Source: Octopus sinensis
Lineage: Eukaryota
Direction of reading: 5' to 3'
Assembly (NCBI RefSeq): GCF_006345805.1
Contig: NC_043011.1
Span: 6,076,001-6,140,000, forward strand
DNA: 64,000 nt
Shown here one piece after another: positions 1-13,941 of the stretch; positions within the stretch are counted from its first letter, which is position 1, and the number at the start of each line of letters is the position of its first letter. The notes below the pieces were generated by a model. It did no database searches, was not told the DNA's origin, and saw only the letters and a list, made by a program, of their open reading frames with translations. The translations under genes were made by a program, and so were the position numbers.

Positions 1-80
1 GAGTTTTGAGAAGCAGGGAATTCTAGAAGGATCTGTTGATGGGGAAATGGTAGTCTTTTAGAAAGCGAGGGAGTACTTAC

Positions 81-104
81 ATTTATGAATGGGAGTCTTA
101 TCCG
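81..104 (-). CDS. 24-nt micro-exon m1 (xDKTPIHK)
   Basis: ttttttgtatttttcag|CGGATAAGACTCCCATTCATAAAT|gtaagt. Confidence 0.5.
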
Positions 105-1011
105 CTGAAAAATACAAAAAAGTCAAATGAAATGGAATGTCACCATCATCATCATCAACATCATCATCATTGTTTAACATCCCTTTTTGCAGGCTGGCAT
201 GGATTGAACAGTTTGCTTGGAACTGAGAGATCAGAGGATGGTGCTGAGCTCCGTTGTCTGCTCCGGCCGGGTTTCTACGGCTGGATGCCCTTCCTAATAC
301 CAACCACTTTACAGCATGATTTCTTTGATGGGGTGGGGCCAAGAGCAGTAGAGTGTTCACCAGTTGCTTGCAAGTCAACTGGGTGGAGGTGGGTGTACTA
401 CTGAGGGAGGTTGAAAGTGTAACAGAGCGACAGCAGCAGGTGTGTTTGCTGAAGACATGAATATATGTACATCATATTCATTTGCCATCATCATCATTAC
501 CAGCATCACCATCACAAGAACTATGACAAACATTAACCAAAGAAGAGGAAGGAGAATTAGTTGGGGTCTTTTTTAAAATCTTTTTGGCATTTAAGGAATG
601 TGTAGATGATGTTTGGGTATCTTTAGATCAGAAAAGTATTAACCCCTGCTGTTAGGGGTATAATCTTAATACTTGGTGTAGAATGCTTCTAAAGATAGCC
701 ATGGGGCACTATTAAACCCAGAAGATATGATGTGCCAACCATTATTTAATGTTTGTTTTCCATGCTGGCATGAGTTGAATGCTTTGGCAGGAAATAGCAA
801 CTCAGGGGTGGCTTACAGCTGAAAGTCCTTCCTACTGCCAACTACTTTACAGAGTGTACTGGGTGCTTTTTACATGGCACCAGCTGCAGTTAGGTCCCCA
901 AGCAACTTGCTGGACAAAACCCCTCAATTGGGAGGGAGAGAAAATGCTGTTAAGTATTTTGCCCGGCATACTGACAATTCTGCAACTCATTAACTTAAAA
1001 ATAATAATCAA

Positions 1012-1571
<560 letters not shown>

Positions 1572-1619
1572 CATCATAATACAAATAATAATAATAACAA
1601 TAATAATAATAATAATAAT

Positions 1620-2052
1620 AACCACAGATTTGTTCGTCAGTTGTTTGACCTTAACCAGTTGAGCATTTCCCTTCGTCGCTGACGATATGTGCATCTCTGA
1701 TCACGAGCAGAAGTAGTGGAGGAGCATCATGGCCATGTGTTGAGAGGGATTCTTTGGGGTTTGATTAATTCACCTCTGGAAACATTGGTGTTTCGTTCAA
1801 CATCCTTAAACAATCCTTATTCCGGGACCTTTTTAGTGGGATGGGTTACTCAACCAGAAGAAAATTCTAATCAACTCCCACCTGCAAGGTCATGTGCTGT
1901 TTATCTTGATATGAGATCACCATGTCATGCACATAGGGTTGTGATGCATGTGCCTGGTGTACCTTTATCAGACGGGTAGTCATGATGGGTATGTTGGGGT
2001 TTGTATATTTTACCCCAGTGTCACTTTGATGGCATGAACTGCTCTCTCACAC
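1620..2052. repeat. ~430-bp unclassified element flanked by (TAA)n; copies at 9131-9376 (truncated) and 15302-15735
   Basis: Direct alignment of copies; (AAT)n at both ends; no recognisable protein. Confidence 0.65.
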
Positions 2053-2168
2053 AATAATAATAATAATAATGATGATGAAGATGATGATGATGATTAAAGT
2101 AACATAAGCAATAAGGAAATATGTATTTTAAAGGGTTTAAAAACCTGAGGAATGCTTAGAAAGCTTAC

Positions 2169-2244
2169 CTTCAGACTGAAGAATGATTGCTAAGATAAGA
2201 AGAAAGGAGGTTGCTGATGCCATGTTATTGCTTGTAAAACTAAT
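2169..2244 (-). CDS. Putative signal-peptide exon S1 (ATG at 2223; MASATSFLLILAIILQSE)
   Basis: gatacag| ... |gtaagc. Two amino-acid changes relative to S2-S4. Confidence 0.5.
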
Positions 2245-2675
2245 CTGTATCCAGTGAAGACCACAAATGTATTTTAGACAATAAGTGGGTGTGTGTATGG
2301 TCTTTACACTGATGATGCTTCCCAACCACTTGGTTCTGGGTTCAGTCCCACTGTGTGGCAACTTAGCAAATGTTTTCTACTGCAGCCTCAAGCTGACCAA
2401 AGCCATTTGAGTGGATTTGGTAGACAGAAACTGAAAGAAGTTTATTATGTGTGTATAGTGAGGTTGATTCATAGTTTAAGGTGTTGCTGCCCCAGGATGG
2501 TCTGCGGTCTAATGACTGAAACAAGTAAAAGATAAAAAATTCAAAAGAGTCATATCAAGGAGAGGGTGTGGAGGCATGCCAGGAGTGGTGTTGGTGAGTT
2601 TTGAGAAGCAGGGAGTTCTAGAAGGATCTGCTGATGGGGAAATGGTAGTCTTTTAGAAAGCGAGGGAGTACTTAC

Positions 2676-2699
2676 ATTTATGAATAGGAATCTGGTCCG
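2676..2699 (-). CDS. 24-nt micro-exon m2 (xDQIPIHK)
   Basis: ttcag|CGGACCAGATTCCTATTCATAAAT|gtaagt. Confidence 0.45.
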
Positions 2700-3780
2700 C
2701 TGAAAAATACAAAAAAGTCAAATGAAATGGAATGTCACCATCATCATCATGAACATCATCATCATTGTTTCACATCCCTTTTTGCAGGCTGGCATGGATT
2801 GAACAGTTTGCTTGGAACTGAGAGATCAGAGGATGGTGCTGAGCTCCGTTGTCTGCTCTGGCCAGGTTTCTACGGCTGGATGCCCTTCCTAATACCAACC
2901 ACTTTACAGCATGATTTCTTTGATGGGGTGGGGCCAAGAGCAGTAGAGTGTTCACCAGTTGCTTGCAAGTCAACTGGGTGGAGGTGGGTGTACTACTGAG
3001 GGAGGTTGAAAGTGTAACAGAGCGACAGCAGCAGGTGTGTTTGCTGAAGACATGAATATATGTACATCATATTCATTTGCCATCATCATCATTACCAGCA
3101 TCACCATCACAAGAACTATGACAAACATTAACCAAAGAAGAGGAAGGAGAATTAGTTGGGGTCTTTTTTAAAATCTTTTTGGCATTTCAGGAATGTGTAG
3201 ATGATGTTTGGGTATCTTTAGATCAGAAAAGTATTAACCCCTGCTGTTAGGGGTATAATCTTAATACTTGGTGTAGAATTATTCTAAAGACAGCCATGGG
3301 GCACTATTAAACCCAGAAGATATGATGTGCCAACCATTACTTAAAAATAATAATCATCATCATCGTTTAACGTCTGCTTTCCATGCTAGTATGGGTTGGA
3401 CAGTTCATCCGGGGTCTGGGAAGCCAGAAGGCTGCACCAGGCCCAGTCTGATCTACGGCTGGATGCTCTTCATATTGCCAACCACTCTGTGAGTGTAGTG
3501 GGTGCTTTTTACGTGTCACTGGCACAGGTGCCAGACGAGGCTGGCTAACAACCATGATCGGATGGTGCTTTTTACGTGCCACCGGCACGGGGACCAGGCA
3601 GGGCTTACAATGGCCACGAACGGATGGTTCTTTTTATGTGCCACCGGTACGAGGCCAGTCTGAGCGAGCTAGCAACGGCCACGTTCGGATGGTTCTCTTA
3701 CATGCCACTGCCACTGGTATCGCAGCTGCAATTTCCATTGATGTTGATCAATTTCGATAATAATAATAATAATAATAATC

Positions 3781-3830
<50 letters not shown>

Positions 3831-3858
3831 CATCATAATACTAATAATAATAATAACA

Positions 3859-3905
<47 letters not shown>

Positions 3906-6900
3906 GAGGAGAACACCGGGGGACATTTAAGATGTAAGAAGGAAAATTCAGAGCTCCGAAATCTATCCACAAACATCGAAAACAAGGACATCCTATGGAG
4001 CCAAAGTTTTACTAACAAAGATTTGGACTGTATCCGAGTAAGTAATACTAATTGAAATTTATTACTATTTTCGAAACGAAATGACGTATTTTGACTCGAT
4101 ATCATCTCCACCTCTAACGCAACACATGTAAACATGCGTGGAACATCACGATCATCCCTGACCCCAAACACCATGTACAAAGGAACTACGAAGAAATTAA
4201 ATGCCACCAATACTATTCAACCCAAGAATAACAATCGAGCGGTACGTACATTAAACTTACAACAAAAAATGTACGAAAAACTACACGTGCGAAATAATGT
4301 GACAACAGAAATAAACGGACCGGTACCCTACAAAATGACGACCGTCAAAATAATGGGCTGGACGTTGTACCTCATGTCCCGCAAATAAAACCCAAAAGAC
4401 GTAAATGGACACGTGAGGAATACATTTCTATCTTACACGCATACTTCACAGCAGTACTCTACCCAAAAAATGAAAATACAACAACACATACATATAAAAT
4501 ATGGAAGGAAAATAATAGAGATATAGACTTGGATACAGCAATGAACCCTAATAAATTAGCTAACGTACGAAGATACATTCTCAACACAAAAAAAATATCA
4601 GAAATAGAAATAGAACACCTAAAAGAAAACATACACCAGGAAAATGTAGATAGAAGCCACACAACAATGCCCAATAATATAAACACTGAAACTGTAAAAC
4701 ACGAAGACAAACGCAACATTCCCAACAAACACGATGTAAACAACGAAGGGGAGCCTAATGATTATGATAATATAAAAATAAAATAATCAAAGAACTGAAA
4801 ACCACAGAGCTCAAAATGGACCACCGACCATACCTCCCAAGAATCAAAATAAACGAAATAACCACACCTATTATAAACAGCATAAACCTAGCCGTCACTG
4901 AACTGATAGCCACTGAATCAAAAAAAGTGATATCACTGAGCTAAATAACCTAATATACGCAGCAGCCACTGCAGCCACAAAAGAAGCTGGATACTCACCC
5001 AAACCCGCCCAAACAGGAGTACCACCACCCAAACAAACCCTGTGGATAAATAACATCCAAAGCAAAATTAAAAAAATTAGAAAAGACCTGTCGATTCTTA
5101 ATGAAATCAGCAAACAATCAACGCTACTGAGCAACAAAAAGAGAACAAAAATACTCCGCAAATATAACATCACAGAGAAAGATTTGCCTGAAATAAAAGA
5201 AAAGCTGAAGCAAGATATCCTTGCCAAAGCACAAAGGATCCGCCGGTACAAGAAACGCCAACGCTTCTTTCAAGAAAACAAAAAGTTCAACTCCAACCCC
5301 AAAAAGTTCTACCAAGAACTGGGCAAAAATAAAATAGAAGTCACTGCAGCACCAACGGCAGAAGAATTGGAAGAATTCTGGGGAGAAATATGGTCGGCGA
5401 ACGAACCACAAAAAAAAGGAGTATCAAAATAACAAACTCGGCATCTGAACAACTTTGGACCCCCATAACAACTGAAGAGGTCACCCAGGCACTGCAAAGA
5501 CTAAGCAACTGGAAGGCACCTGGGCATGACAAGATCCCCAACTTCTGGTTGAAATATCTAACAGGAATGCACAAAAAGCTGGCTGAAAACTTTAACAATG
5601 TACTAGCAGAGCCAGAGACAATGCCTGAATGGCTCACGAAGGGGAAAACCATCTTAATTCCCAAATCAAATGAAACAGAAAAACCCGAAAAATACAGACC
5701 AATAACCTGCCTCCCTACTATGTTCAAGGCATTTACTGCAGTGATATCACAAAGGCTGAACAAACACCTGGACGAAAACAAACTGTTCCCAGAAGAGCAG
5801 AAAGGATGCCGCAAAGGCTCATATGGCTGTAAAGATCAACTAATGATTAATAAAGCCATAACTGAAGACAGCCACAGAAAGAAGAAAGGCCTCAGTATGG
5901 CCTGGATTGACTACAAAAAGGCGTTTGATAGCATCCCCCACACATGGATCCTCGAAACACTAGCCATTAACAAAGTAGCATCAACAATCATAAAATTTAT
6001 AGAGCACTCTATATATAAATGGCAAACAGTCCTACACCTCCAAACAAAAGAGGGACTCATGAAAACCAAAGACATCCCCATTAGAAGAGGAATATTCCAG
6101 GGAGACACGCTCTCTCCACTCCTTTTCTGCTTGGCATTGTCACCTCTATCTGATATGCTAAATAGAACTGGATGCGGATATAAATGTTACGGCAAAACGA
6201 TCAGCCACCTTTTATATATGGATGACCTAAAACTATACGCTGCAAATGACAAACAGCTGGAAACACTATTAAAGACAGTTCATGGATTTACCAAAGAAAT
6301 AGATATGAAATTTGGATTAGAAAAATGCGCCAAAGTAACCATGAAAAGAGGAAAACTAGTTAAGAGTAACAACATCACACTAGATAAAACCAATGAAATA
6401 AAAGAATTAGACCAAAGCCAAACTTACAAATACTTAGGAATCCATGAACTAGATAAGACACAACACACACAAATGAAAGAGAAAATAAAAAAAGAATATT
6501 ATAGACGAGTTAGATCAATACTAAACACAGAGCTCAATGCTAAAAACAAGATAATAGGTATCAACACTTTAGCTGTCCCAGTCATAAGTTACAGCTACAC
6601 TATCCTTAACTGGACACGAAATGAACTGACCAAAATAGATAGGAAAACAAGAAAAATAATGACAGGATCTAGGATGCATCACCCAAAATCTGACATAGAA
6701 AGACTATATATACAACGTATAGAAGGTGGTAGAGGCCTTATACAGCTGGAAAACTACTATAAAATAACCACCATAGGACTGCAAAAATATCTACTTCAGA
6801 AGGAAGGAAAACTGATCCAGATAGCGGCAAAACACGAGCAAAACAAAAAACTATTCTCAGTATTTAAGGAAGCTGACAAATACAAACAAGAAATCATACC

Positions 6901-7844
6901 ACCTAATAAACATGAAGAAGAAGAAGCAGATGAAGAAACAACAAAAGCTATAAAACAAATGAAATCCAAACTAAAAATAGAACAGCAACGAACCATGATA
7001 AAACGATGGCAAGAAAAGCCCCTTCATGGTAAATACTGGACTAAACTAAACGCAAAAGAAATAGACAAAGAAAAATCCCTGAGAAGCTCAGGACTCAAAG
7101 CAGAAACAGAGGGATTTTTAATTGCAGCACAAGACCAAAGCCTCCCCACCAGAAATTACCAAAAACATGTAATGAAAAGAAATATTACAAGTAACTGCAG
7201 AATATGTGGAGATGTACAAGAAACAATAAATCATACTATCTCTAGCTGCCCAGTCGGGCTAAGAAGGAATATATTCACAGACATGACAGAGTTGGAACCT
7301 ACATACATTGGAAGCTATGCCAACATTATGGAATAACAACAGAAAAAAGATGGTATAGGCACACACCAGAAAAGGTCACAGAAAACGAGAAAGCAACCAT
7401 ACTCTGGGATATGCCGATACACACAGATAGAGAAATTAAGGCCAACAGACCAGATATAGTTGTCAGAGATCATGAAGAAAAAAGATGCTTTCTAATTGAT
7501 GTATCAATACCGGCTGATGACAACGTGTCTCTAAAAGAAATAGAGAAACTCTCAAAATACAAAGACCTGGAAATAGAGGTAACTAGAATGTGGAATCTGA
7601 AAACAGAAACAATTCCTATCATAGTAGGTGCATTAGGCATGATAAAAAAAATATTCAGACAAATACATAACAAAAACACCAGGACTTACAAACACATATA
7701 ACATACAGAAAATTGCACTACTAGGCACTGCACACATCCTATGCAGAACACTTTCCATACTATAACCATCAGAGCATCACAACAAATCACAGCACATACC
7801 CAAGGCACACAGAGCTGCACTCGGTAGTGAAGTGAAAGCATGCT
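3906..7844 (+). mobile_element. Near full-length R4/Dong-clade non-LTR retrotransposon (RT + zinc knuckle + REL endonuclease), frameshifted
   Basis: RT motifs YRPITCL, QKGCRKG, IDYKKAFDS, GIFQGDTLSP and YMDD; CRICG...HTISSC knuckle; RPDIV...IDVSIP...KYKDL PD-(D/E)xK nuclease; 5' (TAA)n flank. Confidence 0.93.
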
Positions 7845-8125
7845 GACCAAAGCCATTTCAGTGGATTTGGTAGACAGAAACTGAAAGAAGTTTATTATGT
7901 GTGTATAGTGAGGTTGATTCATAGTTTAAGGTGTTGCTGCCCCAGCATGGGCTGCAGTCTAATGACTTAAACAAGTAAAAGATAAAAAATTTAAAAGAGT
8001 CATAACAAGGAAAGGGTGTGGAGGCATGCCAGGAGTGGTGTTGGTGAGTTTTGAGAAGCAGGGAGTTCTAGAAGGATCTGTTGATGGGGAAATGGTAGTC
8101 TTTTAGAAAGCGAGGGAATACTTAC

Positions 8126-8149
8126 ATTTATGAATGGGAGTCTTGTCCG
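8126..8149 (-). CDS. 24-nt micro-exon m3 (xDKTPIHK)
   Basis: ttcag|CGGACAAGACTCCCATTCATAAAT|gtaagt. Confidence 0.45.
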
Positions 8150-9044
8150 CTGAAAAATACAAAAAAGTCAAATGAAATGGAATGTCACCATCATCATCAT
8201 CAACATCATCATCATTGTTTAACATCCCTTTTTGCAGGCTGGCATGGATTGAACAGTTTGCTTGGAACTGAGAGATCAGAGGATGGTGCTGAGCTCCGTT
8301 GTCTGCTCCGGCCGGGTTTCTACGGCTGGATGCCCTTCCTAATACCAACCACTTTACAGCATGATTTCTTTGATGGGGTGGGGCCAAGAGCAGTAGAGTG
8401 TTCACCAGTTGCTTGCAAGTCAACTGGGTGGAGGTGGGTGTACTACTGAGGGAGGTTGAAAGTGTAACAGAGCGACAGCAGCAGGTGTGTTTGCTGAAGA
8501 CATGAATATATGTACATCATATTCATTTGCCATCATCATCATTACCAGCATCACCATCACAAGAACTATGACAAACATTAACCAAAGAAGAGGAAGGAGA
8601 ATTAGTTGGGGTCTTTTTTAAAATCTTTTTGGCATTTCAGGAATGTGTAGATGATGTTTGGGTATCTTTAGATCAGAAAAGTATTAACCCCTGCTGTTAG
8701 GGGTATAATCTTAATACTTGGTGTAGAATGCTTCTAAAGATAGCCATGGGGCACTATTAAACCCAGATGATATGATGTGCCAACCATTATTTAATGTTTG
8801 TTTTCCATGCTGGCATGAGTTGAATGCTTTGGCAGGAAATAGCAACTCAGGGGTGGCTTACAGCTGAAAGTCCTTCCTACTGCCAACTACTTTACAGAGT
8901 GTACTGGGTGCTTTTTACATGGCACCAGCTGCAGTTAGGTCCCCAAGCAACTTGCTGGACAAAACCCCTCAATTGGGAGGGAGAGAAAATGCTGTTAAGT
9001 ATTTTGCCCGGCATACTGACAATTCTGCAACTCATTAACTTAAA

Positions 9045-9134
<90 letters not shown>

Positions 9135-9646
9135 CACAGATTTGTTCGTCAGTTGTTTGACCTTAACCAGTTGAGCATTTCCCTTAGTCGCTGACGATAT
9201 GTGCATCTCTGATGACGAGCAGAAGTAGTGGGGGAGCATCATAGCCATGTGTTGAGAGGGATTCTTTGGGGTTTGAATAAATTACCTCTGGAAACATGGG
9301 TGTTTTGTTCAACATCCTTAAACAACCCTTATTCCGGGACCTTTTTAGTGGGATGAGTTACTTAACCAGAAGAAAATTTGAGTGGATTTGGTAGACAGAA
9401 ACTGAAAGAAGTTTATTATGTGTGTATAGTGTGGTTGATTCATAGTTTAAGGTGTTGCTGCCCCAGCATGGGCTGCAGTCTAATGACTTAAACAAGTAAA
9501 AGATAAAAAATTCAAAAGAGTCATAACAAGGAAAGGGTGTGGAGGCATGCCAGGAGTGGTGTTGGTGAGTTTTGAGAAGCAGGGAGTTCTAGAAGGATCT
9601 GTTGACGGGGAAATGGTAGTCTTTTAGAAAGCGAGGGAATACTTAC

Positions 9647-9670
9647 ATTTATGAATGGGAGTCTGGTCCA
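9647..9670 (-). CDS. 24-nt micro-exon m4 (xDQTPIHK)
   Basis: ttcag|TGGACCAGACTCCCATTCATAAAT|gtaagt. Confidence 0.45.
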
Positions 9671-10574
9671 CTGAAAAATACAAAAAAGTCAAATGAAATG
9701 GAATGTCACCATCATCATCATCAACATCATCATCATCATCATCATCATCACCACCACCACCATCACCATCATCATTGATAGAGGTGGTGATACTAGCAGT
9801 TGTGATGTTGGTGGGGGTTGTGGTGGTGGTGGTGGTGGTGGTGGTGGTATTCAACATCTACTTTTACACTACCCCCTGTGACGTCTTCAGGTCAGGTCTA
9901 TAATCTAAAGATAATCTCCCCCCACCCTTTCCTACCAACCTCAGAGACCTCCCCTCTACCCCAAAGGAGTCACAGGTGGTTGCAACCCTTGGTCTTCTTA
10001 CTGAGTCATGAAAACAAAAAATATTTTTAAAAAAGCAAGAAAGTGGTAGAAGCATGTCTAAAGACCTGTCTTTGAGGCAGCAATAATGTTCCGAATTTGA
10101 AAGAATCCTGAAGATTTTTGCAGAAAAAGTACCTTGGGGAATTTCTTATGGATCTTTACATGTTCTGAGTTCAAATTTTGCCAAGACCAATTTTGACTTT
10201 TATCTTTTCTGTGGTCAAACAAATTACCAGTCAAGTCATGACAGCCAGTCGAAGTGACTAATCTCTCTATCCTAAATTGTGGTTTTTGTGCAAAGATTAG
10301 GATCACAACAACAACAACAACAATCCTTTCTACTCTTGGCACAAGTCCTGAAATTTTGGGGGAGGGAGCCAGCTGATTAGATCGGCCTCAGTACACAACT
10401 GGTACTTAATTTATTGACTCTGAAAGGGTGAAAGGCAAAGTTGACTTCGGCAGAATTTGAACTCAGAATGTAAAAACGGACGAAATATGGCTAAGTATTT
10501 TGTCCGACGTGCTAACGACTCTGCCAGCTCACTGCCTTACTACTACTGCTGCTGCTGCTGTTGCTACTACTACA

Positions 10575-10627
<53 letters not shown>

Positions 10628-10698
10628 CACTACTACTACTACTACTACTAATAATAATAATAATAATAATAATAGTAATAATAATAATAATAATAATA

Positions 10699-13330
10699 AA
10701 TCTGGGCAGAAGAAAAAACACACAACGAAAAGGCCCCCTGGATTGACAGAATATCTACAGAACTGGACCCCTTAGAAGAGCAAAAGTGGGAGGGTGTCAA
10801 GGTAGAAGATATAAGATCTGTTCTCAGGAGGTCAAGCAAATGGAAGTCTCCAGGAAAGGATAAAATTCCTAACTTCTGGCTGAATGCCTTCCCAGAGAGC
10901 CATGAACTGCTAACAGAACTGTACAATGATGTTCTGCAACACCCTAGTAGGATGCCTCCTTGGCTAGTTAATGGGTTAACATTCCTGCTTCCAAAAAGTG
11001 AAGAAACAAATGAACCAAAAAACTATAGACCCATAACCTGCTTAACAACTATGTACAAAACTCTAACATCTGTCCTGACGGAATATACCTATAGTTTTTT
11101 AACAGACAGCAGCATATTCCCTAATGAACAGAAAGGATGTAAACGTGGATCCTACGGCTGTAAAGACCAACTACTCATCAATAAGATGATCTTAGAAGAT
11201 TGTCACAAACGACACAAAAACTTATCAATAGCCTGGATAGACTATAAAAAGGCTTTTGATAGCCTACCACATAGCTGGATTAGGAAATGCCTTGAAATGT
11301 ATAAGATAGCACCAACTCTGCGAAACTTCTTGACTGTAAGTATGAGATCATGGAGAACCACACTAACTCTGAACAGTGACAGTGAATCCCTAAATGGCTG
11401 ATGTAAAAATTTCGTGTGGCATTTTCCAGGGTGACTCACTGTCACCACTCCTCTTTTGTTTATCCTTAATACCTCTCTGAAAGCTGCTCAATGACGCGCA
11501 GTATGGGTATAAAATGTTTGATAAAAATATAAATCATCTCGTTTACATGGATGCTTTAAAGCTTTTTGCAAAAACTGATCAACAACTCAAGGGCTTACTA
11601 GCGATAGTCAAACAATTCAGTGATGACATCAGAATGCAATTCGGCCTCGATAAATGTGCAAAGGCTACCTTTATCAAAGGAAAAATGACAGAAACATCTA
11701 ACGTTAACCTTGATCAACAGAATGTCATAAAAGAACTAGACCCAGCGGAGAGCTACAAGTACCTAGGGGTAATTGAAGGGAACGGAATAAGGCATTCAGA
11801 GATGAAGGAAAAGATCAGGAGAGAATGCTATCGAAGAGTGAGAGCAATACTCAAGACAGAGCTGAATGCAAGAAACAGGATCGAAGCAATCAATGCATTA
11901 GCTATACCAGTCGTGACTTACAGTTTCAATATTGTTAACTGGTCAATTACTGAAATATGTCAGCTCGACAAAAAATAAGGAAACTGTTGACAATGCATAG
12001 AATGCACCACCCTAAGGCAGATACAGAACAACTCTATCTGCCAAGAAAAGAGGGAGGCCGTGGTCTTTTGCAACTGGCAATAACAATGAAGATTGCTACA
12101 ATTGGCCTAGACACCTACCTGAAAAACTCTGAGGACTGGATGTTAAAACTTGTCTCAAAACATGAAAACAAGAAAGCATCATACTCAGTCACAAAACAGG
12201 CAAAGGAATATCTAAGTGAATTCCGAATACAACCAATTTCGGAATTAGAGATAGACATACAAGAAACAAGCACAGAAAAGGCTAGGCGCATGAAAACCCG
12301 TGCCAAAACTGCGGCCTTAGATATTCTGAATAATAAATGGCAAGAAAAACCTCTCTACGGCAAATACCCAAAGAGAGCGAATAATGCAGATATCGACAAA
12401 GCCCTGACCCATCAATGGCTAATGGCCTCTGGCTTAAAATCTGAAACAGAGGGGTTTATCATAGCAGCTCAAGATCAATGCCTACCAACAAGAAACTACC
12501 AGGCCAACATTATTAAATCAGAAGCAGTCCAACGTGTCGTGTATGCAAGCAACAAAATGAAACCATTGACCATGTGGTCTCCAAGTGCAGTCTTCTAGCG
12601 CCTACAGAGTATCTCAACAGGCACGATAGAGCTGCACAATATATTCACTGGGTAATCTGTAAAAACCTGGATTTGCCCCATGAAAAAAACTGGTGGGAAC
12701 ACAAACCACCCCCAGTGCTTGAAAATGACCACATCTCACTCCTCTGGAACTTCACCATTCAAACTGACAGAAAGATAGATGCAAATAGGCCAGACATCAT
12801 ATTGAAAGACTTCAAACAAAGAACATGCCTCCTCATTGATATGACTGTCCCAATCGATATAAATGTATCTGTCAGGACCTACCAAAAACTGAGCAAATAT
12901 AAAGATCTTGAAATAGAAATCAGCAAAATGTGGAAGCTGAAGACTAAAACAATACCTGTTGTCATAGGTGCCCTGGGATTGATAGCAAAAGGGGCTGATA
13001 GCTACCTAACTCAGATACCAGGAAACCCAAAAATGGCAGAAGTTCAAAAGATAGTGCTCATGGGAACTGCTCATATCCTACGCAAAATACTCTCTATGTA
13101 ACCTCAAGGTTTAAAACAACCATAATTTTCGGTTTAAAAAAAAATAAAAAATAAAAAAATAAAAAACTTTTTTTTTTTTTTAGACATTCATTAGTACAAC
13201 ATCCCCACCCCCCAAATATATGGCACACTAGGCATAACAACAACATGAACTTCCAACCCTGTTGTCTCTTGAGGTCTCTGGGTGAGACTTGGAGCCAACT
13301 TGTACAAATATAAAGCAAAAGTCAAACATA

Positions 13331-13331
<1 letters not shown>
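10699..13331 (+). mobile_element. 5'-truncated R4/Dong-clade LINE, second family, degenerate
   Basis: Four ORF pieces (10952-13101) with RT motifs (YMDA instead of YMDD) and RHD and RPDII...IDM..P...KYKDL REL motifs; (TAA)n on both sides. Confidence 0.92.
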
Positions 13332-13367
<36 letters not shown>

Positions 13368-13741
13368 CATCGTTTAACGTCTGCTTTCCATGCTAGCATG
13401 GGTTGGACGATTTTGACTGAGGACTGGCGAACCAGATGGCTGCACCAGGTTCCAATCTGGTCTGGCAGAGTTTCTACAGCTGGATGCCCTTCCTAACGCC
13501 AACCACTCACAGAGTGTTGTGGGTGTGTGTGTAAAGTGGGGTTGATTCGTAGTTCAAGTAGTGTTGCCCCAGCATGGGCCACAGCCTAATGACTGAAACA
13601 AGTAAAAGATAAAAAATTAAAAAGAGTCATAATGAGGAGGTATGGCGAGAGTGGTGTTGGGGAATTTTGAGAAGCAGGAAGTTCTAGAAGGATCAGTTGA
13701 CGGGGAAATGGTAGTCTTTTAGGAAGTGATGGAATACTTAC

Positions 13742-13765
13742 ATTTATGAATGGGAGTTTTGTCCG
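13742..13765 (-). CDS. 24-nt micro-exon m5 (xDKTPIHK)
   Basis: ttcag|CGGACAAAACTCCCATTCATAAAT|gtaagt; lies in the most diverged array copy. Confidence 0.5.
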
Positions 13766-13865
13766 CTGAAAAATACAATAAAATGGAACGTCATTGTCAT
13801 CATCACCACCATCATCATCATTTAACATCTCTTTTAAAAACATGAAGAATGCTTAGAAAGATTAC

Positions 13866-13941
13866 CTTCAGACTGAAGAATGATTGCTAAGATAAGAAGA
13901 AAGGAGATTGGTGATGCCATGTTATTGCTTGTAAAACTAAT
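13866..13941 (-). CDS. Putative signal-peptide exon S2 (ATG at 13920)
   Basis: Same exon, donor gtaatc. A 100-nt intron separates it from micro-exon 13742-13765. Confidence 0.5.

Noticed and set aside
58-404. Recurrent ORFs MECHHHH... and MTCKQLV... in each A unit
   Set aside because: They overlap a (CAT)n tail and an old RTE 3'UTR fragment and recur only because of the duplication. Only the 24-nt splice-bounded part is retained.
340-450. Possible exon after gtcttcag (ANTPAAVALLHFQPP...)
   Set aside because: The phase-1 frame hits TGA in copies 1-3 and there is no consistent donor; gtaagt appears only in the 14221 copy.
1678-1715. CUGACGA...GAA hammerhead-like words in the 430-bp element
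   Set aside because: I could not build stems I-III around them.
10069-10110. 42-nt candidate exon GFFQIRNIIAASKT in B units (minus strand)
   Set aside because: The donor is weak (gtcttt), and joining after a micro-exon would create TGA.
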